DNA of 64,000 nt from Macrostomum lignano (lineage: Eukaryota): positions 124,001-188,000 of the forward strand of contig NIVC01000032.1 in NCBI GenBank assembly GCA_002269645.1, written 5' to 3'. Below the pieces are notes generated by a model. It did no database searches. It was not told the DNA's origin and saw nothing but the letters and a program-made list of their open reading frames with translations. This document shows, piece by piece, positions 47,101 to 62,100 of this stretch. A program made the position numbers and the translations under genes. Positions within the stretch are counted from its first letter, which is position 1; each line of letters opens with the position of its first letter.

Positions 47101-50100
47101 TTGCTATCTGGGATGATGCTTGCTATCTGGGGATGCTTGCTATCTGGGGGATGCTTGCTATCTGGGGATGCTTGCTATCTGGGATGCTTGCTATCTGGGG
47201 AGATGCTTGCTATCTGGGGATGCTTGCTATCTGGGGAGATGCTTGCTATCTGGGGATGCTTGATGCTTGCTATCTGGGGATGCTTGCTATCTGGGGAGAT
47301 GCTTGCTATCTGGGATGCTTGCTATCTGGGGATGCTTGATCTGCTTGCTATCTGGGGGATGCTTGCTATCTGGGCTATCTGGGTGGATGCTTGCTATCTG
47401 GGAGATGCTTGCTATCTGGGTGGATGCTTGGATTGCTTGCTATCTGGGGGATGCTTGCTATCTGGGGAGATGCTTGCTATCTGGGGATGCTTGCTATCTG
47501 GGGATGCTTGCTATCTGGGTGGATGCTTGCTATCTGGGGGATGCTTGCTATCTGGGGGATGCTTGCTATCTGGGAGATGCTTGCTATCTGGGGATGCTTG
47601 CTATCTGGGTGGATGCTTGGATTGCTTGCTATCTGGGGATGCTTGCTATCTGGGGATGCTTGCTATCTGGGGATGCTTGCTATCTGGGGATGCTTGCTAT
47701 CTGGGGATGCTTGCTATCTGGGATGCTTGCTATCTGGGGATGCTTGCTATCTGGGTGGATGCTTGATGCTTGCTATCTGGGGATGCTTGCTATCTGGGGG
47801 GATGCTTGCTATCTGGGGATGCTTGCTATCTGGGGATGCTTGCTATCTGGGATGCTTGCTATCTGGGGATGCTTGCTATCTGGGGATGCTTGCTATCTGG
47901 GGATGCTTGCTATCTGGGAGATGCTTGCTATCTGGGGAGATGCTTGCTATCTGGGGATGCTTGCTATCTGGGGGATGCTTGCTATCTGGGGGATGCTTGC
48001 TATCTGGGATGCTTGCTATCTGGGGATGCTTGCTATCTGGGGAGATGCTTGCTATCTGGGGATGCTTGCTATCTGGGGATGCTTGCTATCTGGGATGCTT
48101 GCTATGCTTGGGATGCTTGCTATCTGGGGATGCTTGCTATCTGGGGATGCTTGCTATCTGGGGATGCTTGCTATCTGGGGGATGCTTGCTTGCTATCTGG
48201 GGGATGCTTGCTATCTGGGAGATGCTTGCTATCTGGGGGATGCTTGCTATCTGGGGAGATGCTTGCTATCTGGGTGGATGCTTGGATTGCTTGCTATCTG
48301 GGGGATGCTTGCTATCTGGGGAGATGCTTGCTATCTGGGGATGCTTGCTATCTGGGGAGATGCTTGATTGCTTGCTATCTGGGGAGATGCTTGCTATTGG
48401 ATTGCTTGCTATCTGGGGAGATGCTTGCTATCTGGGGATGCTTGCTATCTGGGGGATGCTTGGATTGCTTGCTATCTGGGGGATGCTTGCTATCTGGGGA
48501 GATGCTTGCTATCTGGGGATGCTTGCTATCTGGGGAGATGCTTGCTATCTGGGGATGCTTGCTATCTGGGGAGATGCTTGCTATCTGGGGATGCTTGCTA
48601 TCTGGGGATGCTTGCTATCTGGGGATGCTTGCTATCTGGGGGGATGCTTGCTATCTGGGGGGATGCTTGCTATCTGGGGAGATGCTTGCTATCTGGGGAT
48701 GCTTGCTATCTGGGGAGATGCTTGCTATCTGGGGATGCTTGCTATCTGGGGATGCTTGCTATCTGGGTGGATGCTTGATTGCTTGCTATCTGGGGATGCT
48801 TGCTATCTGGGGATGCTTGCTATCTGGGATGCTTGCTATCTGGGGATGCTTGCTATCTGGGGAGATGCTTGCTATCTGGGTGGCTTGGATGCTTGCTATC
48901 TGGGGATGCTTGCTATCTGGGGATGCTTGCTATCTGGGGATGCTTGCTATCTGGGGAGATGGATGCTTGCTATCTGGGATGCTTGCTATCTGGGGAGATG
49001 CTTGCTATCTGGGGATGCTTGCTATCTGGGGATGCTTGCTATCTGGGGATGCTTGCTATCTGGGGATGCTTGGATTGCTTGCTATCTGGTTGGAGATGCT
49101 TGCTATCTGAGATGCTTGCTATCTGGGGATGCTTGCTATCTGGGGAGATGCTTGCTATCTGGGGATGCTTGCTATCTGGGGATGCTTGCTATCTGGGATG
49201 CTTGCTATCTGGGGATGCTTGCTATCTGGGGATGCTTGCTATCTGGGGAGATGCTTGCTATCTGGGGAGATGCTTGCTATCTGGGGAGATGCTTGCTATC
49301 TGGGGAGATGCTTGCTATCTGGGTGGATGCTTGCTATCTGGGGATGCTTGCTATCTGGGTAGGATGCTTGCTATCTGGGGAGATGCTTGCTATCTGGGGG
49401 GATGCTTGCTATCTGGGGGATGCTTGCTATCTGGGGATGCTTGCTATCTGGGGAGATGCTTGCTATCTGGGGAGATGCTTGCTATCTGGGGAGATGCTTG
49501 CTATCTGGGGAGATGCTTGCTATCTGGGGGATGCTTGCTATCTGGGGAGATGCTTGCTATCTGGGGGGGGGGATGCTTGCTATCTGGGGAGATGCTTGCT
49601 ATCTGGGGATGCTTGCTATCTGGGGATGCTTGCTATCTGGGGAGATGCTTGCTATCTGGGGATGCTTGCTATCTGGGGAGATGCTTGCTATCTGGGGGCT
49701 ATGCTTGGGGATGCTTGCTATCTGGGGGATGCTTGCTATCTGGGGGGATGCTTGCTATCTGGGGATGCTTGCTATCGGGGATGCTTGCTATCTGGGGAGA
49801 TGCTTGCTATCTGGGGGATGCTTGCTATCTGGGGATGCTTGCTATCTGGGTGGATGCTTGGATTGCTTGCTATCTGGGGATGCTTGCTATCTGGGGAGAT
49901 GCTTGCTATCTGGGGATGCTTGCTATCTGGGGAGATGCTTGCTATCTGGGAGATGCTTGCTTGCTATCTGGGAGATGCTTGCTATCTGGGGATGCTTGCT
50001 ATCTGGGGGATGCTTGCTATCTGGGGGATGCTTGCTATCTGCGGGAGATGCTTGCTATCTGGGGATGCTTGCTATCTGGGGAGATGCTTGCTATCTGGGG

Positions 50101-53100
50101 ATGCTTGCTATCTGGGGAGATGCTTGCTATCTGGGGATGCTTGCTATCTGGGGAGATGCTTGCTATCTGGGGGATGCTTGCTATCTCGCGGGATGCTTGC
50201 TATCTGGGGATGCTTGCTATCTGGGGAGATGCTTGCTATCTGGGGATGCTTGCTATCTGGGGAGATGCTTGCTATCTGGGGGATGCTTGCTATCTGGGGA
50301 GATGCTTGCTATCTGGGAGGATGCTTGCTATTCTGGGTGGATTGCTTGCTATCTGGGGATGCTTGCTATCTGGGGATGCTTGCTATCTGGGGGGATGCTT
50401 GCTATCTGGGGATGGATGCTTGCTATCTGGGGATGCTTGCTATCTGGGGATGCTTGGATTGCTGCTATCTGGGGATGCTTGCTATTGGGGATGCTTGCTA
50501 TCTGGGGAGATGCTTGCTATCTGGGGATGCTTGCTATCTGGGGGTGCTTGGATTGCTTGCTATCTGGGGATGCTTGCTATCTGGGGATGCTTGCTATCTG
50601 GGGATGCTTGCTATCTGGGGATGCTTGCTATCTGGGGAGATGCTTGCTATCTGGGGATGCTTGCTATCTGGGGATGCTTGCTATCTGGGGATGCTTGCTA
50701 TCTGGGGTGCTTGCTATCTGGGGAGATGCTTGCTATCTGGGGAGATGCTTGCTATCTGGGGAGATGCTTGCTATCTGGGGAGATGCTTGCTATCTGGGGA
50801 GATGCTTGCTATCTGGGTGGATGCTTGCTATCTGGGGAGATGCTTGCTATCTGGGGAGATGCTTGCTATCTGGGGATGCTTGCTATCTGGGGAGATGCTT
50901 GCTATCTGGGGATGCTTGCTATCTGGGGGATGCTTGCTATCTGGGGAGATGCTTGCTTGCTATCTGGGTGAGATTGCTTGCTATCTGGGGATGCTTGCTA
51001 TCTGGGTGATGCTTGGATTGCTTGCTATCTGGGGATGCTTGCTATCTGGGGAGATGCTTGCTATCTGGGGATGCTTGCTATCTGGGATGCTTGCTATCTG
51101 GGTGATGCTTGCTATCTGATGCTTGCTATCTGGGGGGATGCTTGCTATCTGGGGAGATGCTTGCTATCTGGGGATGCTTGCTATCTGGGAGATGCTTGGA
51201 TTGCTTGCTATCTGGGGATGCTGCTATCTGGGGATGCTTGCTATCTGGGGATGCTTGCTATCTGGGGATGCTTGCTATCTGGGTGGATGCTTGGATTGCT
51301 TGCTATCTGGGGATGCTTGCTATCTGGGTGATGCTTGCTATCTGGGGATGCTTGCTATCTGGGGATGCTTGCTATCTGGGGATGCTTGCTATCTGGGGAT
51401 GCTTGCTATCTGGGGATGCTTGCTATCTGGGGATGCTTGCTATCTGGGATGCTTGCTATCTGGGTGGATGCTTGGGATGCTTGCTATCTGGAGATGCTTG
51501 CTATCTGGGGATGCTTGCTATCTGGGGAGATGCTTGCTATCTGGGGGATGCTTGCTATCTGGGGAGATGCTTGCTATCTGGGTGGATGCTTGCTATCTGG
51601 GGAGATGCTTGCTATCTGGGGATGCTTGCTATGGGTGGATGCTTGCTATCTGGGGGATGCTTGCTATCTGGGGGATGCTTGCTATCTGGGGATGCTTGCT
51701 ATCTGGGGATGCTTGCTATCTGGGAGATGCTTGCTATCTGGGGATGCTTGCTATCTGGGGGATGCTTGCTATCTGGGAGATGCTTGCTATCTGGGGATGC
51801 TTGCTATCTGGGGATGCTTGCTATCTGGGGGATGCTTGCTATCTGGGGAGATGCTTGCTATCTGGGGATGCTTGCTATCTGGGGAGATGCTTGCTATCTG
51901 GGTGGATGCTTGCTATCTGGGGATGCTTGCTATCTGGGGAGATGCTTGCTATCTGGGGATGCTTGCTCTCTGGGGAGATGCTTGGATTGCTTGCTATCTG
52001 GGGAGATGCTTGGATTGCTTGCTATCTGGGGAGATGCTTGCTATCTGGGGATGCTTGCTATCTGGGGATGCTTGGATTGCTTGCTATCTGGGGGATGCTT
52101 GCTATCTGGGGAGATGCTTGCTATCTGGGGATGCTTGCTATCTGGGGAGATGCTTGCTATCTGGGGATGCTTGCTATCTGGGGAGATGCTTGCTATCTGG
52201 GGATGCTTGCTATCTGGGGGGATGCTTGCTATCTGGGGGGATGCTTGCTATCTGGGGGATGCTTGCTATCTGGGGGATGCTTGCTATCTGGGGAGATGCT
52301 TGCTATCTGGGTGGATGCTTGCTATCTGGGGAGATGCTTGCTATCTGGGTGGATGCTTGCTATCTGGGGAGATGCTTGCTATCTGGGTGGATGCTTGGAT
52401 TGCTTGCTATCTGGGGGGATGCTTGCTATCTGGAGAGATGCTTGCTATCTGGGGATGCTTGCTCTCTGGGGAGATGCTTGGATTGCTTGCTATCTGGGGA
52501 GATGCTTGGATTGCTTGCTATCTGGGGAGATGCTTGCTATCTGGGGATGCTTGCTATCTGGGTGGATGCTTGGATTGCTTGCTATCTGGGGATGCTTGCT
52601 ATCTGGGGATGCTTGCTATCTGGGGATGCTTGCTATCTGGGGATGCTTGCTATCTGGGGATGCTTGCTATCTGGGTGGATGCTTGGATTGCTTGCTATCT
52701 GGGGATGCTTGCTATCTGGGGATGCTTGCTATCTGGGGAGATGCTTGCTATCTGGGGAGATGCTTGCTATCTGGGTGGATGCTTGGCATTGCTTGCTATC
52801 TGGGGATGCTTGCTATCTGGGGATGCTTGCTATCTGGGGAGATGCTTGCTATCTGGGGAGATGCTTGCTATCTGGGGAGATGCTTGCTATCTGGGGAGAT
52901 GCTTGCTATCTGGGGATGCTTGCTATCTGGGTGGATGCTTGCTATCTGGGGAGATGCTTGCTATCTGGGTGGATGCTTGCTATCTGGGGGGATGCTTGCT
53001 ATCTGGGGAGATGCTTGCTATCTGGGTGGATGCTTGCTATCTGGGGAGATGCTTGCTATCTGGGGGATGCTTGCTATCTGGGGAGATGCTTGCTATCTGG

Positions 53101-56100
53101 GTGGATGCTTGGATTGCTTGCTATCTGGGGGATGCTTGCTATCTGGGGAGATGCTTGCTATCTGGGGATGCTTGCTCTCTGGGGAGATGCTTGGATTGCT
53201 TGCTATCTGGGGAGATGCTTGGATGCTTGCTATCTGGGGAGATGCTTGCTATCTGGGGATGCTTGCTATCTGGGTGGATGCTTGGATTGCTTGCTATCTG
53301 GGGATGCTTGCTATCTGGGGATGCTTGCTATCTGGGGATGCTTGCTATCTGGGGATGCTTGCTATCTGGGGATGGATTGCTATCTGGGGATGCTTGCTAT
53401 CTGGGGATGCTTGCTATCTGGGTGGATGCTTGGATTGCTTGCTATCTGGGGATGCTTGCTATCTGGGTGGATGCTTGGATTGCTTGCTATCTGGGGATGC
53501 TTGCTATCTGGGGATGTTGCTATCTGGGGAGATGCTTGCTATCTGGGAGATGCTTGCTATCTGGGTGGGATGCTTGGATTGCTTGCTATCTGGGGATGCT
53601 TGCTATCTGGGATGCTTGCTATCTGGGGAGATGCTTGCTATCTGGGGAGATGCTTGCTATCTGGGGGATGCTTGCTATCTGGGGAGATGCTTGCTATCTG
53701 GGGATGCTTGCTATCTGGGTGGATGCTTGCTATCTGGGTGGATGCTTGCTATCTGGGTGGATGCTTGCTATCTGGGGGATGCTTGCTATCTGGGGGATGC
53801 TTGCTATCTGGGGGATGCTTGGATTGCTTGCTATCTGGGGGGATGCTTGCTATCTGGGGAGATGCTTGCTATCTGGGGATGCTTGCTATCTGGGGAGATG
53901 CTTGCTATCTGGGGATGCTTGCTATCTGGGTGGATGCTTGCTATCTGGGGAGATGCTTGCTATCTGGGTGGATGCTTGCTATCTGGGGGGATGCTTGCTA
54001 TCTGGGGGATGCTTGCTATCTCGGGGGATGCTTGCTATCTGGGGATGCTTGCTATCTGGGGAGATGCTTGCTATCTGGGAGATGCTTGCTATCTGGGTGA
54101 TGCTTGCTATCTGGGGAGATGCTTGCTATCTGGGGGATGCTTGCTATCTGGGGGGATGCTTGCTATCTGGGGATGCTTGCTATCTGGGGAGATGCTTGCT
54201 ATCTGGGTGGATGCTTGCTATCTGGGGAGATGCTTGCTATCTGGGGATGCTTGCTATCTGGGGATGCTTGCTATCTGGGCTGGAGATGCTTGCTATCTGG
54301 GGATGCTTGCTATCTGGGTGGATGCTTGCTATCTGGGGAGATGCTTGCTATCTGGGGGATGCTTGCTATCTGGGGGGATGCTTGCTATCTGGGGAGATGC
54401 TTGCTATCTCGGGAGATGCTTGCTATCTGGGGATGCTTGCTATCTGGGGAGATGCTTGCTATCTGGGGATGCTTGCTATATGGGGATGCTTGCTATCTGG
54501 GGAGATGCTTGCTATCTGGGGGGATGCTTGCTATCTGGGGGGGGGGTGCTTGCTATCTGGGGAGATGCTTGCTATCTGGGTGGATGCTTGCCATCTGGGG
54601 AGATGCTTGCTATCTGGGTGGATGCTTGCTATCTGGGTGGATGCTTGCTATCTGGGGTGATGCTTGCTATCTGGGGGGATGCTTGCTATCTGGGGGATGC
54701 TTGCTATCTGGGAGATGCTTGCTATCTGGGTGGATGCTTGCTATCTGGGGAGATGCTTGCTATCTGGGTGGATGCTTGCTATCTGGGGATGCTTGCTATC
54801 TGGGTGGATGCTTGGATTGCTTGCTATCTGGGGGATGCTTGCTATCTGGGGAGATGCTTGCTATCTGGGGATGCTTGCTCTCTGGGAGATGCTTGGATTG
54901 CTTGCTATCTGGGGAGATGCTTGGATTGCTTGCTATCTGGGGAGATGCTTGCTATCTGGGGATGCTTGCTATCTGGGTGGATGCTTGGATTGCTTGCTAT
55001 CTGGGGGATGCTTGCTATCTGGGGAGATGCTTGCTATCTGGGGATGCTTGCTATCTGGGGAGATGCTTGCTATCTGGGGATGCTTGCTATCTGGGGAGAT
55101 GCTTGCTATCTGGGGATGCTTGCTATCTGGGGGATGCTTGCTATCTGGGGGATGCTTGCTATCTGGGGGATGCTTGCTATCTGGGGGATGCTTGCTATCT
55201 GGGGAGATGCTTGCTATCTGGGTGGATGCTTGCTATCTGGGGAGATGCTTGCTATCTGGGTGGATGCTTGCTATCTGGGGAGATGCTTGCTATCTGGGTG
55301 GATGCTTGGATTGCTTGCTATCTGGGGGATGCTTGCTATCTGGGGAGATGCTTGCTATCTGGGGATGCTTGCTCTCTGGGGAGATGCTTGGATTGCTTGC
55401 TATCTGGGGAGATGCTTGGATTGCTTGCTATCTGGGGAGATGCTTGCTATCTGGGGATGCTTGCTATCTGGGGAGATGCTTGGATTGCTTGCTATCTGGG
55501 GATGCTTGCTATCTGGGGATGCTTGCTATCTGGGGATGCTTGCTATCTGGGGATGCTTGCTATCTGGGGATGCTTGCTATCTGGGTGGATGCTTGGATTG
55601 CTTGCTATCTGGGGATGCTTGCTATCTGGGGATGCTTGCTATCTGGGGAGATGCTTGCTATCTGGGAGATGCTTGCTATCTGGGTGGATGCTTGGATGCT
55701 TGCTATCTGGGGATGCTTGCTATCTGGGGATGCTTGCTATCTGGGGAGATGCTTGCTATCTGGGGAGATGCTTGCTATCTGGGGAGATGCTTGCTATCTG
55801 GGGAGATGCTTGCTATCTGGGGATGCTTGCTATCTGGGTGGATGCTTGCTATCTGGGGAGATGCTTGCTATCTGGGTGGATGCTTGCTATCTGGGGGGAT
55901 GCTTGCTATCTGGGGAGATGCTTGCTATCTGGGTGGATGCTTGCTATCTGGGGAGATGCTTGCTATCTGGGTGGATGCTTGCTATCTGGGGAGATGCTTG
56001 CTATCTGGGTGGATGCTTGGATTGCTTGCTATCTGGGGGGATGCTTGCTATCTGGGGAGATGCTTGCTATCTGGGGATGCTTGCTATCTGGGGAGATGCT

Positions 56101-59100
56101 TGGATTGCTTGCTATCTGGGGAGATGCTTGGATTGCTTGCTATCTGGGGAGATGCTTGCTATCTGGGGATGCTTGCTATCTGGGTGGATGCTTGGATTGC
56201 TTGCTATCTGGGGATGCTTGCTATCTGGGGATGCTTGCTATCTGGGGATGCTTGCTATCTGGGGATGCTTGCTATCTGGGGATGCTTGCTATCTGGGGAT
56301 GCTTGCTATCTGGGGATGCTTGCTATCTGGGTGGATGCTTGGATTGCTTGCTATCTGGGGATGCTTGCTATCTGGGTGGATGCTTGGATTGCTTGCTATC
56401 TGGGGATGCTTGCTATCTGGGGATGCTTGCTATCTGGGGAGATGCTTGCTATCTGGGGGGATGCTTGCTATCTCGGGAGATGCTTGCTATCTGGGTGGAT
56501 GCTTGCTATCTGGGGAGATGCTTGCTATCTGGGGAGATGCTTGCTAGCTGGGTGGATGCTTGCTATCTGGGGGGATGCTTGCTATCTGGGGGGATGCTTG
56601 CTATCTCGGGAGATGCTTGCTATCTGGGGATGCTTGCTATCTGGGGAGATGCTTGCTATCTGGGATGCTTGCTATCTGGGGGATGCTTGCTATCTGGGAG
56701 ATGCTTGCTATCTGGGGATGCTTGCTATCTGGGGAGATGCTTGCTATCTGGGGGATGCTTGCTATCTGGGGAGATGCTTGCTATCTGGGTGGATGCTTGC
56801 TATCTGGGGAGATGCTTGCTATCTGGGTGGATGCTTGGATGCTTGCTATCTGGGGGATGCTTGCTATCTGGGGAGATGCTTGCTATCTGGGGATGCTTGC
56901 TCTCTGGGGAGATGCTTGGATTGCTTGCTATCTGGGGAGATGCTTGGATTGCTTGCTATCTGGGGAGATGCTTGCTATCTGGGGATGCTTGCTATCTGGG
57001 TGGATGCTTGGATTGCTTGCTATCTGGGGGGATGCTTGCTATCTGGGGAGATGCTTGCTATCTGGGGATGCTTGCTATCTGGGGAGATGCTTGCTATCTG
57101 GGGATGCTTGCTATCTGGGGAGATGCTTGCTATCTGGGGATGCTTGCTATCTGGGGGGATGCTTGCTATCTGGGGGGATGCTTGCTATCTGGGGGGATGC
57201 TTGCTATCTGGGGGGATGCTTGCTATCTGGGGAGATGCTTGCTATCTGGGGGGATGCTTGCTATCTGGGGAGATGCTTGCTATCTGGGTGGATGCTTGCT
57301 ATCTGGGGAGATGCTTGCTATCTGGGTGGATGCTTGGATTGCTTGCTATCTGGGGGATGCTTGCTATCTGGGAGATGCTTGCTATCTGGGGATGCTTGCT
57401 CTCTGGGGAGATGCTTGGATTGCTTGCTATCTGGGGAGATGCTTGGATTGCTTGCTATCTGGGGAGATGCTTGCTATCTGGGGATGCTTGCTATCTGGGT
57501 GGATGCTTGGATTGCTTGCTATCTGGGGATGCTTGCTATCTGGGGATGCTTGCTATCTGGGGATGCTTGCTATCTGGGGATGCTTGCTATCTGGGGATGC
57601 TTGCTATCTGGGTGGATGCTTGGATTGCTTGCTATCTGGGGATGCTTGCTATCTGGGGATGCTTGCTATCTGGGGAGATGCTTGCTATCTGGGGAGATGC
57701 TTGCTATCTGGGTGGATGCTTGGATTGCTTGCTATCTGGGGATGCTTGCTATCTGGGGATGCTTGCTATCTGGGAGATGCTTGCTATCTGGGGAGATGCT
57801 TGCTATCTGGGAGATGCTTGCTATCTGGGGAGATGCTTGCTATCTGGGGATGCTTGCTATCTGGGTGGATGCTTGCTATCTGGGGAGATGCTTGCTATCT
57901 GGGTGGATGCTTGCTATCTGGGGGGATGCTTGCTATCTGGGGAGATGCTTGCTATCTGGGTGGATGCTTGCTATCTGGGGAGATGCTTGCTATCTGGGTG
58001 GATGCTTGCTATCTGGGGAGATGCTTGCTATCTGGGTGGATGCTTGGATTGCTTGCTATCTGGGGGGATGCTTGCTATCTGGGGAGATGCTTGCTATCTG
58101 GGGATGCTTGCTCTCTGGGGAGATGCTTGGATTGCTTGCTATCTGGGGAGATGCTTGGATTGCTTGCTATCTGGGGAGATGCTTGCTATCTGGGGATGCT
58201 TGCTATCTGGGTGGATGCTTGGATTGCTTGCTATCTGGGGATGCTTGCTATCTGGGGATGCTTGCTATCTGGGGATGCTTGCTATCTGGGGATGCTTGCT
58301 ATCTGGGGATGCTTGCTATCTGGGGATGCTTGCTATCTGGGGATGCTTGCTATCTGGGTGGATGCTTGGATTGCTTGCTATCTGGGGATGCTTGCTATCT
58401 GGGTGGATGCTTGGATTGCTTGCTATCTGGGGATGCTTGCTATCTGGGGATGTTTGCTATCTGGGGAGATGCTTGCTATCTGGGGAGATGCTTGCTATCT
58501 GGGTGGATGCTTGGATTGCTTGCTATCTGGGGATGCTTGCTATCTGGGGATGCTTGCTATCTGGGGAGATGCTTGCTATCTGGGGAGATGCTTGCTATCT
58601 GGGGAGATGCTTGCTATCTGGGGAGATGCTTGCTATCTGGGGATGCTTGCTATCTGGGTGGATGCTTGCTATCTGGGGAGATGCTTGCTATCTGGGTGGA
58701 TGCTTGCTATCTGGGGGGATGCTTGCTATCTGGGGGGATGCTTGCTATCTGGGTGGATGCTTGGATTGCTTGCTATCTGGGGGGATGCTTGCTATCTGGG
58801 GAGATGCTTGCTATCTGGGGATGCTTGCTATCTGGGGAGATGCTTGCTATCTGGGGATGCTTGCTATCTGGGTGGATGCTTGCTATCTGGGGAGATGCTT
58901 GCTATCTGGGTGGATGCTTGCTATCTGGGGGGATGCTTGCTATCTGGGGGGATGCTTGCTATCTCGGGAGATGCTTGCTATCTGGGGATGCTTGCTATCT
59001 GGGGAGATGCTTGCTATCTGGGGAGATGCTTGCTATCTGGGTGGATGCTTGCTATCTGGGGGGATGCTTGCTATCTGGGGATGCTTGCTATCTGGGAGAT

Positions 59101-62100
59101 GCTTGCTATCTGGGGATGCTTGCTATCTGGGGAGATGCTTGCTATCTGGGTGGATGCTTGCTATCTGGGGAGATGCTTGCTATCTGGGGATGCTTGCTAT
59201 CTGGGGGGATGCTTGCTATCTGGGGAGATGCTTGCTATCTGGGGATGCTTGCTATCTGGGTGGATGCTTGCTATCTGGGGAGATGCTTGCTATCTGGGGG
59301 GATGCTTGCTATCTGGGGGGATGCTTGCTATCTGGGGGGATGCTTGCTATCTCGGGAGATGCTTGCTATCTGGGGATGCTTGCTATCTGGGGAGATGCTT
59401 GCTATCTGGGGATGCTTGCTATATGGGGATGCTTGCTATCTGGGGAGATGCTTGCTATCTGGGGGGATGCTTGCTATCTGGGGGGGTGCTTGCTATCTGG
59501 GGAGATGCTTGCTATCTGGTGGATGCTTGCCATCTGGGGAGATGCTTGCTATCTGGGTGGATGCTTGCTATCTGGGTGGATGCTTGCTATCTGGGGTGAT
59601 GCTTGCTATCTGGGGGGATGCTTGCTATCTGGGGGATGCTTGCTATCTGGGGGGATGCTTGCTATCTGGGTATGCTTGCTATCTGGGGATGCTTGCTATC
59701 TGGGGGGATGCTTGCTATCTCGGGAGATGCTTGCTATCTGGGGATGCTTGCTATCTGGGTGGATGCTTGCTATCTGGGGAGATGCTTGCTATCTGGGTGG
59801 ATGCTTGCTATCTGGGGGGATGCTTGCTATCTGGGGAGATGCTTGGATTGCTTGCTATCTGGGGAGATGCTTGGATTGCTTGCTATCTGGGGAGATGCTT
59901 GCTATCTGGGGATGCTTGCTATCTGGGTGGATGCTTGGATTGCTTGCTATCTGGGGGGATGCTTGCTATCTGGGGAGATGCTTGCTATCTGGGGATGCTT
60001 GCTATCTGGGGAGATGCTTGCTATCTGGGGATGCTTGCTATCTGGGGAGATGCTTGCTATCTGGGGATGCTTGCTATCTGGGGGGATGCTTGCTATCTGG
60101 GGGGATGCTTGCTATCTGGGGGATGCTTGCTATCTGGGGGGATGCTTGCTATCTGGGGAGATGCTTGCTATCTGGGTGGATGCTTGCTATCTGGGGAGAT
60201 GCTTGCTATCTGGGTGGATGCTTGCTATCTGGGGAGATGCTTGCTATCTGGGTGGATGCTTGGATTGCTTGCTATCTGGGGGGATGCTTGCTATCTGGAG
60301 AGATGCTTGCTATCTGGGGATGCTTGCTCTCTGGGGAGATGCTTGGATTGCTTGCTATCTGGGGAGATGCTTGGATTGCTTGCTATCTGGGGAGATGCTT
60401 GCTATCTGGGGATGCTTGCTATCTGGGTGGATGCTTGGATTGCTTGCTATCTGGGGATGCTTGCTATCTGGGGATGCTTGCTATCTGGGGATGCTTGCTA
60501 TCTGGGGATGCTTGCTATCTGGGGATGCTTGCTATCTGGGTGGATGCTTGGATTGCTTGCTATCTGGGGATGCTTGCTATCTGGGGATGCTTGCTATCTG
60601 GGGAGATGCTTGCTATCTGGGGAGATGCTTGCTATCTGGGTGGATGCTTGGATTGCTTGCTATCTGGGGATGCTTGCTATCTGGGGATGCTTGCTATCTG
60701 GGGAGATGCTTGCTATCTGGGGAGATGCTTGCTATCTGGGGAGATGCTTGCTATCTGGGGAGATGCTTGCTATCTGGGGATGCTTGCTATCTGGGTGGAT
60801 GCTTGCTATCTGGGGAGATGCTTGCTATCTGGGTGGATGCTTGCTATCTGGGGGGATGCTTGCTATCTGGGGAGATGCTTGCTATCTGGGTGGATGCTTG
60901 CTATCTGGGGAGATGCTTGCTATCTGGGTGGATGCTTGCTATCTGGGGAGATGCTTGCTATCTGGGTGGATGCTTGGATTGCTTGCTATCTGGGGGATGC
61001 TTGCTATCTGGGGAGATGCTTGCTATCTGGGGATGCTTGCTCTCTGGGGAGATGCTTGGATTGCTTGCTATCTGGGGAGATGCTTGGATTGCTTGCTATC
61101 TGGGGAGATGCTTGCTATCTGGGGATGCTTGCTATCTGGGTGGATGCTTGGATTGCTTGCTATCTGGGGATGCTTGCTATCTGGGGATGCTTGCTATCTG
61201 GGGATGCTTGCTATCTGGGGATGCTTGCTATCTGGGGATGCTTGCTATCTGGGGATGCTTGCTATCTGGGGATGCTTGCTATCTGGGTGGATGCTTGGAT
61301 TGCTTGCTATCTGGGATGCTTGCTATCTGGGTGGATGCTTGGATTGCTTGCTATCTGGGGATGCTTGCTATCTGGGGATGCTTGCTATCTGGGGAGATGC
61401 TTGCTATCTGGGGAGATGCTTGCTATCTGGGTGGATGCTTGGATTGCTTGCTATCTGGGGATGCTTGCTATCTGGGGATGCTTGCTATCTGGGGAGATGC
61501 TTGCTATCTGGGGAGATGCTTGCTATCTGGGGAGATGCTTGCTATCTGGGGAGATGCTTGCTATCTGGGGATGCTTGCTATCTGGGTGGATGCTTGCTAT
61601 CTGGGGAGATGCTTGCTATCTGGGTGGATGCTTGCTATCTGGGGGGATGCTTGCTCTCTGGGGGGATGCTTGCTATCTGGGTGGATGCTTGGATTGCTTG
61701 CTATCTGGGGGGATGCTTGCTATCTGGGGAGATGCTTGCTATCTGGGGATGCTTGCTATCTGGGGAGATGCTTGCTATCTGGGGATGCTTGCTATCTGGG
61801 TGGATGCTTGCTATCTGGGGAGATGCTTGCTATCTGGGTGGATGCTTGCTATCTGGGGGATGCTTGCTATCTGGGGGGATGCTTGCTATCTCGGGAGATG
61901 CTTGCTATCTGGGGATGCTTGCTATCTGGGGAGATGCTTGCTATCTGGGGAGATGCTTGCTATCTGGGTGGATGCTTGCTATCTGGGGGGATGCTTGCTA
62001 TCTAGGGGGATGCTTGCTATCTCGGGAGATGCTTGCTATCTGGGGATGCTTGCTATCTGGGGAGATGCTTGCTATCTGGGTGGATGCTTGCTATCTGGGG

